Shown here: positions 37,801 to 52,030 of the stretch, piece by piece
How the letters are laid out: every line of letters begins with the position of its first letter
Position numbering within the stretch: position 1 is the stretch's first letter
NCBI GenBank assembly: GCA_973851085.1
Contig: OZ316776.1
Coordinates: 6,510,001-6,574,000 of the forward strand
Origin: Ptychomitrium polyphyllum
Lineage: Eukaryota
Length of the DNA: 64,000 nt
Reading direction: 5' to 3'
Notes under the pieces: model-generated
Told to the model about the DNA's origin: nothing
The model's database searches: none
The model's input: the letters and a program-made list of their open reading frames with translations, nothing else
Program-made: the position numbers and the translations under genes

Positions 37801-38743
37801 GGCCCAATTCTCCTCAAAGTGGGTCCGACGTCCTTCAGTCAGCGGAGAATATTCATGTTGTAAATACATTTTTATGTTTTGGAGATTCTCCTTCCCACCA
37901 AACTTGTGTGAGAACGTAGAAGATGACCACCATTGCAATCAGAACTCTCAATAATAAAATGGAACCAAATGCAATTCAATTATATGTAACATTCACTGAT
38001 CGAACTGTGGAGGTACTGAAAGAAATGCCCAATCATTGTACCTTATTATACACTTCCTCGAATTCTAGTCCGAGTGCAGTGACGTGGCCATTTTCCCTCA
38101 TCCGGGTAAATTTATAAAAACATGTTCATTTGTCTGTTTGGAGATGGCCACCTATTTCTCCCTTCTCCCTTCCCCCTTTCCTTTTCCCTCTTCCATCTTC
38201 CCGCAATTTGTTGTAAGCAATTGCTTGTATCCTTCCTATTGTGAGGTTTAGTTCTTCACACCAACCACGGTGAAAGGTGGCTTTGATGTACCCCTCTTTC
38301 TTAGTCCTTCCAGAACCACAGCTTGAAAACTCCAGGATATTAATGATGTCCTTCCAACCCCTTCCAAGGTCATTAAGGTGTTCTGTAGATACTTCAATAT
38401 TCACGTCTACCACCAATGGACTCATTATTCACGCAGCCCTCTGGGATATTGTGGTATTTTCTTTCTTTTCTAATCCAAGTCTTTTCTAAATCCAGGTTAA
38501 ATGGACAGAGGAAGCTACGGTTCCAAACTCAGATTGAAGAGATACGGTGCAACTAAGTTTTCAGAAGCCATATTTTTCATTTAATAATATGGTAAGTGAT
38601 GTTATTATCACAACTGACTCACTGTGACATCAAAATGAAACTCGCTCAGAACCTGCTATGCATGATTCATGGTGTGATCACCTAACTTCCAGTAATTTAT
38701 CACAAGCAAGTGTAGAATACTGCCCAGTGTCCTCATTAATCCG

Positions 38744-38802
38744 TCAGTGGTGGGAGGCGAATTGCTGTATTGCACATACAGCAATTTGCCTCCCATCGTT
38801 GA
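38744..38802 (+). ncRNA. Candidate hairpin RNA (miRNA-precursor-like)
   Basis: Arms 38744-38770 and 38776-38802 pair over 27 positions (23 Watson-Crick, 4 G-U) with a 5-nt loop. The hairpin is certain; RNA function is unproven. Confidence 0.35.
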
Positions 38803-41124
38803 AGTTGCAAAGCCTTAGACTCACCTAGATTCCATGTAACTTACAGCGAACTCCATCTCAAAAGCACCCATTCAGCTCTGCGTCCCACGTTTCCTAGAAA
38901 TACTCCTTATTAGGAATGCACATTCAGTACCACAAGAAGAATTATAGCGTTTATGGCTTTGGAGACGTTTGTACATAGTGGACATTAATGCTTTGTTAAT
39001 ACATATACGAAGTGAAAAGAAATGTTTTGGCCTCATTTTTCTGAATAACATCTCACATGACTAAAATCTTGGTACTTTTGGAAGATAGATATTAATTAAA
39101 AAATCAAAATGTAATATTATATACTACAATAGTATTCAATTTGAAGCATCAAATGGCTCCTCAAAGAAGTAGTTTTTTGAAGCCTAAATCAATTTTTTTT
39201 AAAAGAGCATCTTTTAGTGAATTTGAGGTTAATGGATCTAGTTCCAAATGAAATTCCTTATTGTAATATTTGACCATATAATAAAGTATTCATACATTAT
39301 TCTTTTTACACATAATTTGTTGTAAACATTCAACCATGCTCTAATAGTATTGCCACTTGGCCTAAGTTGCTATAATTACTAAATAGTGGTGGTGGAATCA
39401 CCACATTTGCTTATCAATCAATCAATTTATTGCATCTATTCTTGCCATTAATAGGGGCGCTATTATGTCTCACTATAGTCAATGGCTTGTAAATTGGACA
39501 CTCAAAATAATACCCATTTCTCATGTGGGATAAAATCTAATATTTTTGGAGCCAATCCACTTTTTAGAAGCCATTTTTATTTCAATCATTAAGCTGATCC
39601 TCAGCACAACATTGATAAATTAGACTCAACAATCCTTTGCAAGCCTTCTAAAAATATTCGCACCATTTTGGATAACTGGGACCATTTTACAAATCAAATC
39701 TATGAAAATTTAGTGAAAAAAAACTGAAGTTATATGATGACTTTGGCTTTTTGTTTTGGCTTTTTGTTTTTGTTTAAAGTGCAGAAAACCATCAACTCCA
39801 AGGCTACCACCAACCACCGGTACAACTCACCAGCACAGAATCATTCCCAGATAACCCCACCACGAGGAACAAGGAACAAGGCGAAGCCAAATAAGCCCAA
39901 AAACAGAAGTCACAACTAACAAGACTCACCAACTACTCTCCAGTATTCAGGCTTCACTTAGCCGATGAAACCCAACGGAGGCGTCACCCAAACTCATCAC
40001 TCTACGCAAAACCGACCGACATCATCTTCTGGCACCATATATGTTACCGAGTAAAATCCACAAAAACCGCGGAGACGATGTCAAGTCTATGTACCTGAAA
40101 AAAGCGGCATCGGCAACACTCCCTCTAGGTTTCGTTTCAGCGAACTACAGGCCTCCGGTAGATGGTGTGGGATTTGGATATAAAGACGGTTTGTGGCACG
40201 CATGTATCATGTCCGAAGTGCCGTTAATACATTCGACCATGAGGACGCTCCAACTTCCTAGCCGAACTAGAGGGGGTGTGGGCAAACGCGCATCCCACTC
40301 AGAAACCTGGGTCCCATAACCGCGGGCGGCGGGTAGGTAGGCAGTGAGGCCTCCTTCCTGGAAGACGTTGCAGTGGTGTCAGTCATCCAATACTGAAGTC
40401 GGCTGATGCCGCGGCTGGGCAGCAGAGCCTGCAAGTCCCTCATGCCCCCATGCATGCATGGTGATGACGCTCTGGAGCCTCTTTCCTGTCTCCGTCGCTG
40501 ATTGCTTGTTGCTTTTATAAGCTCCCCTCAAGGTCCTGGCTTGGAGGCACTGACACAGCTGGAGCTGAACACCAAAGCACAGACTTGCCAGTGTAAGGCC
40601 TGGAGTCGTCTGTGTGATCTTTTCAGCATCAGTTCTGCTTCGAGGAGTTTAAGGTGGGTAGTGAATTGCTTGAGTGTCATGGATGGTTGATTGTGCTACG
40701 TTATGTGTCCGAGGTTTTCCTGTGAAGAAGGTGAAACTAGCAAGGAGTTGGTTTTCTGAGTTTGTTAGCTTTCTTGGATGTGATTTAGAAATCAAAGTTG
40801 GACCTTTTCTCCTTTGAGGGAGAGGTGGTTCACGAAGTAAGCTTGTGGGGTTTGGTTTGGGAACGGGTGTGGGTTGGGGTGATCGTGGGCGCTGTTTGTA
40901 GAATCTGGAATGGAAGATAGGGTTTTTGTTGTACCTATCATTTGGGTGAGTTGTTTGATGTTTAAGCAGCTTTTAGCCTGTAGTTTTGCGGTGGTTTCTT
41001 GTTTCAAGAGACTGCATTTCGATGTTGGGTGTTGGCGTACTGTATAGTTGATTATTGGAGATGGTTGGGGCAATCAATTAAGCAATTCAGCGTTTTTCGT
41101 TGTTGAGCAGACAGTTATACAAAG

Positions 41125-41979
41125 ATGAGTTACTACAACCAAGGACCACCTGTGGGTGCCCCTCCTCCACAATACGGTATGGTTGCATCGCCATGTTGAT
41201 TGTTTGATTTCCTTTCTATTTGTCACTTATTAGTTCCTATGTGGACTAAATAATATGTAATCCTGAATGCAGCCAAAATTGTCCTTTTGAGCCATGTTTT
41301 CATCATGTTTATACATCTTTGGTAATCGAGTTTCATCTTCGCCTCACATGCGGATTGTTTTCTTTCGTTTTGATGAGAGGATTTGGTCCCTTGCAGCTCC
41401 TGAAGGATACCCTCCTCAGGGATACCCACAGCAAGGATATCCACAGCAGGCTGGTTATCCACCTCAAGGATATCCTCAGCAGTATCCTCAGCAATATCCT
41501 CAGGATCAGCGAGGTAGCAACGGACCATCGTTCTGCGAAGCTTTGTAAGTGCTTTATATCTGCCCTAACGTGTTCTTTACTTTTCTTTTTTTTGAGGAAA
41601 AGTTCCGTCTCAATTACGTTATAATAATGAATATCTTAATTGTCAATCTGGTCCCAGCTTTGCAGCTTAGCTTTTGACCTTAAGTTTATAATCTCGAGAG
41701 GAACTTCAGTAATATGTTGGATATAATTTTTCTTAACGCTTCGACATGTACCGATCAAGGATATGTAATTGCGCAATGACCAAGAACATGTCACATTGTT
41801 TTTGTTGATAAAACCACACCCAGCGTACTAACAGAGATGGCTTTGGGTTATATTTAGAATGGTGGATGTCTTGACGATGCTTATGTTCGGAATCGTTGAA
41901 CTGTTCTTTGTGGTATTTTTTTTTCTTTTGCAGTCTTGCAGCTTTGTGCTGTTGTTGTGTGCTTGACGCATGCTTCTGA
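41125..41979 (+). CDS. CYSTM (cysteine-rich transmembrane module) protein, 81 aa
   Basis: Exons 41125-41176, 41397-41544, 41934-41979 give MSYYNQGPPVGAPPPQY-APEGYPPQGYPQQ...PSFCEAFLAALCCCCVLDACF*. TATA-like TTTATAA near 40514 and a probable 5'UTR intron ~40654-41110. Confidence 0.93.
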
Positions 41980-43503
41980 GCATGGGCGAATTAGGATCAA
42001 TGATTTGAAATTCCTTAATATCGTGAATTTAGACTTTAAGAAGAATTCCCAAAGACTTATAAGTTACAGCAGAGCTACGTCGGAGCCACATTAAAGCCCC
42101 TGTCAAAGAGAAGGAGAAATCCGTCTCGTGTATTTTGAGTGCCAGACCTTGATCTAGTTCATTCAAAAGAGATTTGTAGTCCGTGATGTAGTTGCAGTAG
42201 CTATGACGAGATTTGGACTTTTGTCTTTTTAATTTGGGTTTATGTCCATTATATTTTGTTCATATTGACAGCAATAGCACTGGTTTTTTTTGAAAGATTG
42301 TAGTGATGTGGATCGCTGTAGACAGTGGTTCACACAACACTCGTCATAGTGTCGTGATGTTTGCTGGGTGAATGAGTATTTTGTTGTTTCGCTGAATGAA
42401 TTGGGATTGATGTTTCCATGATGATCTTTGTTATTCATACCAACAAAAGCTAAATCGACCTGACTATGCTAAAGAGCACTTAAAGGCTGAGGCAAAACAT
42501 TTTTGTTTAACGTAAAACTTCACAATATGCAGCATTGTAAAAAAATCACACAATTACATGTTCTGTAAACATCTATTCTACATATTTGTACTTTCTCGGC
42601 CTACGGTTTTCAACAGGTGCTTGGTAATTATGAAAATACGTTGTAACAAGTCGTATATACATTTCAACGGAAGTTCCATCTCGTGTAATCGAAATGTGCA
42701 AGTTTGCTTATCTCTATTCCTACAGTCTGTCAAAAGAGACGGTCCTTGTATTGAAGATTGAAGAAGCAATGTGATTGCTGTAGTAGGCCACAGTGTACAC
42801 AACATATGGTTTTGTACAATCTGATATAATAAGAAGCAAATGCAGAGGTGCATGAGAGAATAGGAAGGAATAAAAAAACCAAACAACTTGTGACTAATTG
42901 TGCTTAATGCGGATTCCATTTCGGAACACATTTTAGACCATTGACGAATATTTTAAATGGTTGAGTTGTGCAAAGGAGTACAACAATTTGACGTTCTTAT
43001 GTTACACTAACAATGAGAAATATCCATATCTACCTGCTAGTTCTTCCCACAGACTGACACAATACTGCTGCTATATTTGTAAAAATATTGTGAAAACTTC
43101 CTTCCTCATTGTTGGTGACTTACTAGTTCTCAAGGAGAAGAATTCACCTCCCTGCAGCAGAGAGGATGGGCTGTTTGGACATGACCTTCGGATTTTCCAA
43201 CAAGACACCAAAAGCTTTCTTGGTCGAAAGTCTCAACATCACGTTCAGTAGTCGGTGACTTATTCGTAAACAAACTTTCTAGAGTTTCCAGTAGATTTGC
43301 CTGATCGAAGTTGAATCTTATGATTGTCTGTCAACTGTGGCACCTTCCAGTGTCTTCTTGTTAGCTTGGTTTGTGTATGTAGCGGTCCCTTCCTGTTGGA
43401 CTGAAACGTTCTCTAAATAGGGGCTGTACGTATATCGATCTCTGTACAAGTTTTAGGTTCAATTTCAATACAACCCCTGATAAGCTCTGCTGCCACGCCG
43501 AGA

Positions 43504-46500
43504 TTATCTTCGAATGAAACTTCGCTTCAGCCCTGCAAACCGTTTGGTGTCATTCTCTGGGCTGAAGTGTTCCATAGACTTCAAACGCTCCGTGATCCGT
43601 TTCAGACATCTAGAATCGCGAGGGCTGCTTACAATCACGTTTTCAGTCTCGGTTTTAATTTTTGGTAACCTCTGCCTCCCTTTCTCTAAAGCATCAATTA
43701 GCACTTCCCACATTTCTCTCAGGCTTGCTAATAGAGGTTTTTCAGCTCAAGTAACTTTCGTTTTACATTCTTCATCGCACGAAGTCACTGCATCAATCAA
43801 TTCACTGTCAGAATTTCAATGCTCCTTACGCGTGCTAAGTTTCCTTCCTCACAAAATGGGAAAGACTTTCCCATCATGCACTTTAGTAGGAATGCTTTTC
43901 CAGGTAGCCTTTTGGTTTCGAGCGCTAACCTTTATCTTCCGTAGTAAAGGGCTAATTAGTAATGATCACTTATTTCACCACATTCGCCCCACCTTGTAGT
44001 TCACATGGCCCAGAGCTCATGTCCTGAACGTAGCCCTCCTCTCGACGAATCTTTCCATGTAGCTTGAAGACTGTTCTCAAAGGTTGGTCTATCGTCTTTA
44101 CGGATGTAGACCCTTCTATCTCTGAGCTCGTAGCCAGTTTTTCATGAAGAGAAATTGCAGATAAGTGGTTCGCCTCTGTCATATTTAGGTTAAGGTATCC
44201 ATCGTTTGATGCGGCCGCAGCTGATTCCGACCTAAGAAAAGAGGAACCTGCCAAATTGATTGTCACGCGAGTCAGGGCTCTCAACAATGTAAGTACAATA
44301 TATGTATAATTCCAGACGACTTTGGGTATCCGAAGTGATCATAGTTTTATGCAACAGACGTAATACACATAAAATAAATTTTACAATTCTAATGCAACAT
44401 GATAAGATACATTTCAAATATATACATAATCGAATACATGCTTGATTGATCAAAGCTTACCTTCAAGCACTCCTAGTTCAATCTTCTTATTTGGTTCAGA
44501 AATCCGTGATTGTCTAGTGAACAGATTTTGATTGGCAGCACTCGTGGAACTATTTGCTACAGGCTGTTCAACGACGACCTCAATGCATTTGATGTATGTT
44601 CTTTTGATAGGTTGTCGTTTGCTTTTGGATCTCATCGCGGATCCTCTAGATGTAGAGAGTGTTGTTGCTCTCTCTTCTGGCGGGGACCCTTCACTGTTTT
44701 TGATTGTGGCTATTTTCTCTGGAATGTGCTCCTGTAAATCCTTGGTCCCATTCATGAGATCCGAGATTTTAGGTTCGTCACTTGGACCTTCCACAAATGT
44801 CTCATACTCTGTCTCAAAGGTTTCTTTCATCTCCGACCAAGTGTGGGCAGTCTGTTCTGGTCGGTCGTCTGAACTATGTTTATCGAGGAAGGACTGGCCA
44901 GGATCTGTGTTCCCATGCAGAGCTTCAACAGACTTTTTTGTAAAAATCTTCTCACCGTGGTCTTTGGGTTTTACTACTTTCGATTTGCTGAAAGAACCCT
45001 GTTTCTTTCCTGCATGTCCTCTTGTCAATCCAGCTTTCATCAAATGGACAGCTGTTCGCTTATCTAAGCATCCATAGTCATCGGAGGCATCCTTTGGTAT
45101 TACAACCTCAGGATGTTTGTCTTCTCGAGGTTCTGAGCAACTGGCGTACCTACTAGCAACAACACGACCCACATGACGAGTTCCTTGCATGTCCTGCACA
45201 GCTAAAATTTGGGCACTATCCGGCATTGACACAGTGGCTAACTCGTTGAGCCTCGTTTCCAGTTCCCTTGTCATGTCTGCCAGCAGAGACTCCCTCTTTT
45301 TCTTCGCACTATTCAGACGAATCTTCGATTCAGATTTCGAATCGTCCCTTAGCCCTTGCCTTGAAGTCGAAAATTTAAGCGGTTGATTGGAAACAGCAGA
45401 ACCTGGAGAGCCTCGTACACCAGTTTCTCCAGATCGTAATGTCTTGACCCATTCGAAACGTTTCTTGTTATCAGGAAAGACCTGAGGTCTCGTTACTCCA
45501 ACATGCAAGGTCTGAGCTTTGGGAAGCTTATAAAGTGTGTAGTCAGTAAAATTACTTCTGATACTACCAGAATTTGGAGTGTCAGCAAGTGAATCGTCGC
45601 CATGATGGCTCCAAGGTTCCTCTTGAGCTGCTTGTTGCCCGTCCTCACTAGATGAAGTAGTACACCTGTGTGTTGCAGCATTGCTATTCGATGAATTGCA
45701 TCCCCTTCCCAAGCTTTCATTCCTCATGACCTTCTGAACATTTAATGCTATAGCACACCCTCGACCATAGACTGGCCTGCTCTGCTGATTATTTTCATCG
45801 GATCCAGATTCTGGTGTCCGATTAGCAGTTCCTTGGAATACTTTCGCAGCCACCATTCTTCCTCTTTTATGGCGAAAACCATTGTCACCTATCCCATCCT
45901 CCTTTTTGGAACAAGCATCTGCCGTCCTCTGTCTGATCCGAGGTGTAAGCACAGGAGTAACAGGACAACTGAGTACTGCAGGAAGTGAATCATCCAACAT
46001 GTGTTGGGCTCCATGTCGCGCCTGAAGCTTAGCCAACTTCTGGCTAAGGTGCAAAATCTCCTTTGATATTTCATCCTCGATATCTCTCTGAATGTCATCT
46101 TCCAGCTGAGCTTCCAAACTTTCTCTCACACAGTGCCCAAGCGCATGATGGGGGAATGAAGGTTGAAATTGTGATTGATCTTTGCGGAACTCCCTGCAAT
46201 TGTGAACAACGTATAGGTTCTCCGGTTCTGTAGTATCTTCAAAGTTAGAACTCATGCTTGATGTATCAGCAGTATGAAGATCTTCACGGCTTTGGGTGGA
46301 TAGTGAATTATTGGCCATATCTCTGTCCGTGACCGAGATAGGTTGAAACATAACCAGATCAGAATCGTCCTCTTCAAGGAGAGAAGCATCATACAAGTTC
46401 TTCTTTGTTGACGTAAGATCTTGTGGCTGATCCACATGAAGCTCACACTTTTTGTTACCTGAGCTCAAAGCAGCATCCTCCAACTCCAACGTTATTGAGC

Positions 46501-46982
46501 TAGTCCTGAAAGAAATGACATACAACTAGGTCACAACACTATTACTTGGTGTGCTTGATCTTTGCTGATAATACAATGTTCAGTGATACCTCGCAGACAC
46601 ACTGGAACATATGTTTACATGAACTAATAACACTGGCACCCTATTACGATTCCTCTGTTTGATCAAAATGTTGCATTGCGGTCGATTGGAAGCTCACCAT
46701 ATGATTAAAAAGTGAGTAAAGACATGTCAATAGCTTTAACATCTACACAGCTGAAACTGTTCTTTTCTGTAAAAACTTAACACTAGTAAGACAAATTCTT
46801 TGGAACTGCTTGAGACTTCCATACCTGTGCTTCTCATCGGATGAGCGGGGATTAGAAAACGAATTCATTGTGCACTCAGCATCGTTTCCCAGATAAGAAC
46901 CATTGTTTGATATCTTGATAAACGTGCTGTCCCCTGCCAAGACTCCGGATGTGCTTAATCTTGTACTTTCTACAAGTTTCAT
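43504..46982 (-). CDS. Uncharacterised, largely low-complexity protein with a short coiled coil (~893 aa in this model)
   Basis: 691-codon ORF at 46525-44450. Phase-consistent exons 46982-46825, 46505-44461, 44247-43993, 43727-43504. Start codon and last intron uncertain; further exon-like blocks at ~47670-47865 and ~48010-48545. Confidence 0.65.
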
Positions 46983-49900
46983 AGTATCAATCCTTTCACT
47001 AAGGCTTGGAAGCTCTTCGGGAGAAAGAATTTCCCCACCATGCCTGCAAAGGATGAACCTCGAAGAAGAAGGGTCTGCCACCTCAGCATTACGGGTTAAT
47101 AAAATAGGTACTGCTCGTGCTATCTCCCAGCATGGCAATTAATTGGATGATGTCGGCACATGTCTGCTAAAAAGTGCAAATGTGGCTCGAAACCATAGCT
47201 AACCGATTTATCACATGAATGGAAATCCAAAATTGGCTGTGTCCAATCGTTTAACATTATAAACTCATTTTTGTGTCACTCACCAGAAACGAAAGGAGTT
47301 TCATTTGAGGCTGTGTGTGTGGAATTCGCAGGAACACAATGAATGCTGGAATTGGGCTCAATGCAGGGATTCTGCTCGCTGTTTGGTTTATCTGCTCCAA
47401 ACACCGCATTACTCCACACTAGCGTTTGTCCTGTATTCAACTCACAAGGCCCTCCATCCTCAATCCATTCTGCACATCAATCCGAACATGCATCAAGTTA
47501 AGATACCGTTATACTGCAGGTTCTATTTATCATTATAACGTTACTCAAGGACTCATCACAGTAGAAACTAGCCATGGTCTAACTTGAAGTTGTCGACCAC
47601 GAAGCAGAAGCAAATCCTGGGAACCAGAGCCGAATTTACAGGACTGGACGAATAATACAAGACTTACCAGGAAGTTCATTTTTGATGGGTGTGTTCGAAT
47701 TGGAAGTGAACTGACCAAGTCTAGAACGATCTGTTGAGTGCTGGGTTTGTGATGCATAGGTGTATTTTATGGTTCTTTCTGTTGTGGATCCTCCATCTTG
47801 ACCATCAGTTGCACTCTGGAAATCGGACTCAAGCATCAGCAATGATCTCAAATTTCTTCGGAGAGCTATACCAACCAGAGCGATTGAGATTATGACACTT
47901 TACCCGCAGCGAAAGAAAGAAAGCAAAGAAAATTCACAGGAGTATGCTGCATCAAATTACTGAAAAAGAGGAAGAAATATGGAGAGTCACATCATTATTG
48001 CACTCACAAATGCGTTGACGCTGATCGGAGTCAAAGCTGCCTGAACTGCAACATCTCCATTCCCTCGCATTCTCTCTGCTGTGAACAAGGTACGGGGCTC
48101 AGACTTCGAGTACAGCCGACTCAAGTCATTCTCTTGAGAGTCCGGTTTGTAAATTACCGCCTTAGATGGTTCCACTCCTGCCAAATTCCTATTTCGAAGT
48201 TCAATTCGAGATCTGCCAATTCTGACTGAGGACTCCACCAGACACTTCGGTAGAGGTATCTTGGAGGGTGAAGGATAAGGCACTAGTAGCCCTAAAGAGT
48301 TTTCCCTCCCGTATATTGATGGTATGCAGGTTGTGGAGGCCTCTAGGCCAAGTTCTGATGGTATCGACATACTCTCTGTACCCTGGTAAACTAAAACCCT
48401 TGGAATCTGCTAATGGCTTTCAGAAAGCAGTGAACTCCGATAGGCCTAAAGAATGTGCCCTTAAGGTTTTGGCTAATCTGTGAAGCCCACCAATCTCTCC
48501 CAGACCGAAGCACGCATACTGACTATTGCCACAGCATCTCCGAGCACCTGCACTGGCAAAAAATACAGCTAGTTTAGACGATCACAATGTAAACCTAAAA
48601 TTTTACTCTACAAAACCTGAATGGCCATGGAATGCCTGATACAAGAATTTCTGCCACCTGCATTTCAGGGACAAGCATTTTTAATTGAAGTCCCTGCTGC
48701 AAAATTACTTGAAACCACGGTCAGACTTCAGCAGTATTCTCTTCGTTTGGACCTCAACCACACCTTAACCACACACCATGTTCAGAAGACACCCAGCGTC
48801 AAAGCTCCACAACACGAAGAGTAACCTCATCGCAACCTCATCGCAACCTCATCGCTCCAGAGAAATGACCAACCACAGAACCACCAGAAGAGCAAAAAGC
48901 CAGGAAATATAATAGAGCTGAATATACAAAGGCAAAGCTTGACCGACACAATGTACATCTCCATACGAGTCAAATAACCATGGAGGTCTAAAAAATAGGC
49001 AGTATATCATAAACAACGAACAGTGTGACCACTGAGTCACGAAATGAGAAACCAAAACCTCAACTTTCAGGTCACCGTCTCGCATTCCATGACAAATTTC
49101 TCAAAAAAGGTATGAAATCACCTTAGGGGGGACTACGTCTTCGATACACTCTTCTTCATAAACCAAATCTTGAATGAAACGAACTGCAATGCCGTCCACG
49201 ATACTCACGAAATCATTAAAACTGATGCACGACATGCTGATAATCCGCTAGTAAGAATTCGAACGAGCACTTGAACAAGAATTAACCCAAGTTTCAAAAA
49301 GAACAGAAAACTGTGAGAACCCTAAACTCCAGCGAAAACTCAAACAAAGACTCCAACCCCTTAGAGACGATCTATTGTGAGACAGTTGCGAGTGGTTCAT
49401 GCATTTAAACAGATGCCATACTTACAATTGATCTTGCAGCCGTTCTGCATCGAATGCTTCTCTGAAGAGCTCCCAAGCAAACAGACAGACAGATAAGTTA
49501 CCACAATGGGTTTCAGGAGGATATGTCAAGTCTCAGTTGACAGGAACGTTGATGAGTCCGTTGTGGCGTTGGTCTGATAACGGAGCACCTTCAGGGGGGA
49601 AAGAGAACGGTTTCCCGGTGAATATAACGGAGGAATGACGAAACTTTGGCTTCAAACTTGGTCCTCTTTGGCCCTTCACTGCATGTATGACCGTTTGTGG
49701 TTGCCCACGTCGGCAATCCATCTCACGCTTTCACTCTTCACGCCGTCACCATTGCCGTAGACAGTCGCCAGGTAATTGAATTGAATACATATCACGGAGC
49801 AGCAACGGAACCAAACATGGTCTTGTCAAGTGTAACTGGCATGTACAAGTACTTCACTCTGTTGCATACGTACTCGGTACTTGCTGCAAACCGGTACACC

Positions 49901-51039
49901 AGGCCACTTTAACAAAACGGCTGTCACATAAACCTGTGAATTGACTTGTCGATGCTTGCAAGGTGCTGAGATTAAATCGCCTCTTCCTATCACATTAAGC
50001 AGAGGTGACGATATTTAATTCGTCGAAGGTGAGCTTCATTGAGGTGGTCGTTAGGCCATTGAATCTTCGTTTCTCCTTTTCTGTCAGGATTTGCTTTATT
50101 TACTGAGTGTCAGATGAAGACACTACTGCCGTACTGTCAGGGAAGTCTGAATTTGGTGCTTCATAACATTCTTCAATGACCCCTGTGATCAGCGTCTCTG
50201 TACAGTAGAATTCTGTCACCAAATGGTACAATTTCAATGTCAAGACCCTTCGTTCCAGTCCCTTTGTTCCACTAAAGGTTGAAGGACTTACAAAATTGGA
50301 GTTGCGGCTTCATGCATTCACTACCACATGCTCTCACATGCTCTCAGTATCATTCATTGTTGATTTCCCACTTTATAAAGTGAGTGGGTTGCTGCAACTG
50401 TGGAAGAAACCCGTGTCATGATTTCATCCTTTTAGAGAATTCTTGGGATAGGTATCGTCCAGGAACAGAGTACACTAAAGCCTGCAAGGCTGGAAACTCT
50501 GAGGAAGTTTTCGCTCTCTGATACTCATCCTCGCTTCAATTTCGGAAAATCTGACGGAATACTGACGTGACATGACAATCTCGAATTGTTTCCGTGAAGG
50601 AATTCATGCTCTCATGAGTCCTCGAAATCTCACTTCATTCTCCATTCGCTTTTTATGCTTCAAGATGGAATGTCAACGTTCTTTTTAATACGGATGCCAA
50701 AAGGGATTAAACAATGTCCGCTTACTTGAGGGACGTCAAACTTTCAGTGAAGTTCAATGAGCTTCTATGAGATGCATGCTGAGTACGCTTTGCCAAAACA
50801 ATTAGTTTAGATAGAATGGAATTAGCTTAATATGTACAATTGAGCTGCTCGTTCTCATTCACCTTGTAATCACTTCTTGAGTTCGCAAAAGGCTCAAAGG
50901 TACGCTGCAGTCGAGCATAGGAATCATGAGCACAAATACAGACAGGATGAATAAGAAGATCAGAAACGAAGAAACAAAGAATTATTAATCTTTTTCCTTT
51001 GAGATCGCTCAATGAGTTCAAGCAAGAATGTCATCCAAA

Positions 51040-52030
51040 TTGTGTGCAATTCGCCCACGCTAGCTGCTTCAATAGCGTTTAGACCATAGCCTACTCACAA
51101 AGTGAAAATAAGCTATAATTGATGTGAACTAGATGAGAAATCCTAGCTGCAGTGGTCATCACCTCAAGTGCATGCACACACCGTTAAGAGATGCACCTAA
51201 TCTACTTCCTTCCAGGCTCGATCATGACCCTAATCGTACTAGCATTGAACTCAAGCTGTGTCATCACTTGCTATGGAATTCAATAACAAACAAGAACGTC
51301 ATTCAAATATATAGTGCAACTCGCCATCGGTGGCCTGCCACAATGGCTCCCCAAGAGCCTACTTCCGAAGCGAACTATCTGAAACCCAGCTGGCAGTGAT
51401 CACCTCAAGTGCGCATGCCCGGCCTGCTTACAATTACAATTAATATGCACCTGCCATGGAAATCAATAACAAGAAAGGACAATTTTAATTTAGTGCAACT
51501 TGCCATCGTTGAAGCCTACCACATATGCTTTCAGGCAACCTCCTTACAAAGTGAAAACAAGCTACAATAGATATGAACCACACCTTGGTGATCGTCACCT
51601 CAAGTACATGCGCACACCGTGCTTACGTTACACTAAAGACCAAATTCTGTTCTCTTGACAGAACCCAGGCTGTGTCATCTTCAATCACTTGCCGTAGAAA
51701 TCAACAAGCAAGCAAGAATACTATTCCCATTGTACAAAACGCCTTCGCTATAAGCTGCTACTGTTGCCTTCAGCGAACTTCCTAACAAAGTGAAAACAAG
51801 CTATAATAGACATGAAGTACATAAGAAACCAAGCTAGAGATAATCATAACCTCAAGTGCATGCACTGTGCTTACAATGACATTGTACATGAACAATATCT
51901 ATGCATGAGGATTAATTGGTGGTGCTCATCGCCTCCAATACATGCATGCGCACCCTGTTAAGAGATGCACCTACTGTAGTCTTCTGTCGTGGCCAAATCG
52001 TACTACATAAACGTTGAACTAAGGCTGTGT
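51040..52030. repeat. Degenerate tandem repeat, 4-5 units of ~200-250 bp
   Basis: ACAAAGTGAAAA(C/T)AAGCTA at ~51097, 51546, 51785; (C/A)ACCTCAAGT(G/A)C at ~51160, 51401, 51596, 51849; GTTAAGAGATGCACCT at ~51183 and ~51957. Confidence 0.75.

Noticed and set aside
37611..38489. 60-100 aa ORFs on both strands
   Set aside because: No recognisable domain; cannot be told from chance or unidentifiable relics.
43514..43999. 161-aa + strand ORF
   Set aside because: Antisense to the 3' end of the minus-strand gene; no independent support.
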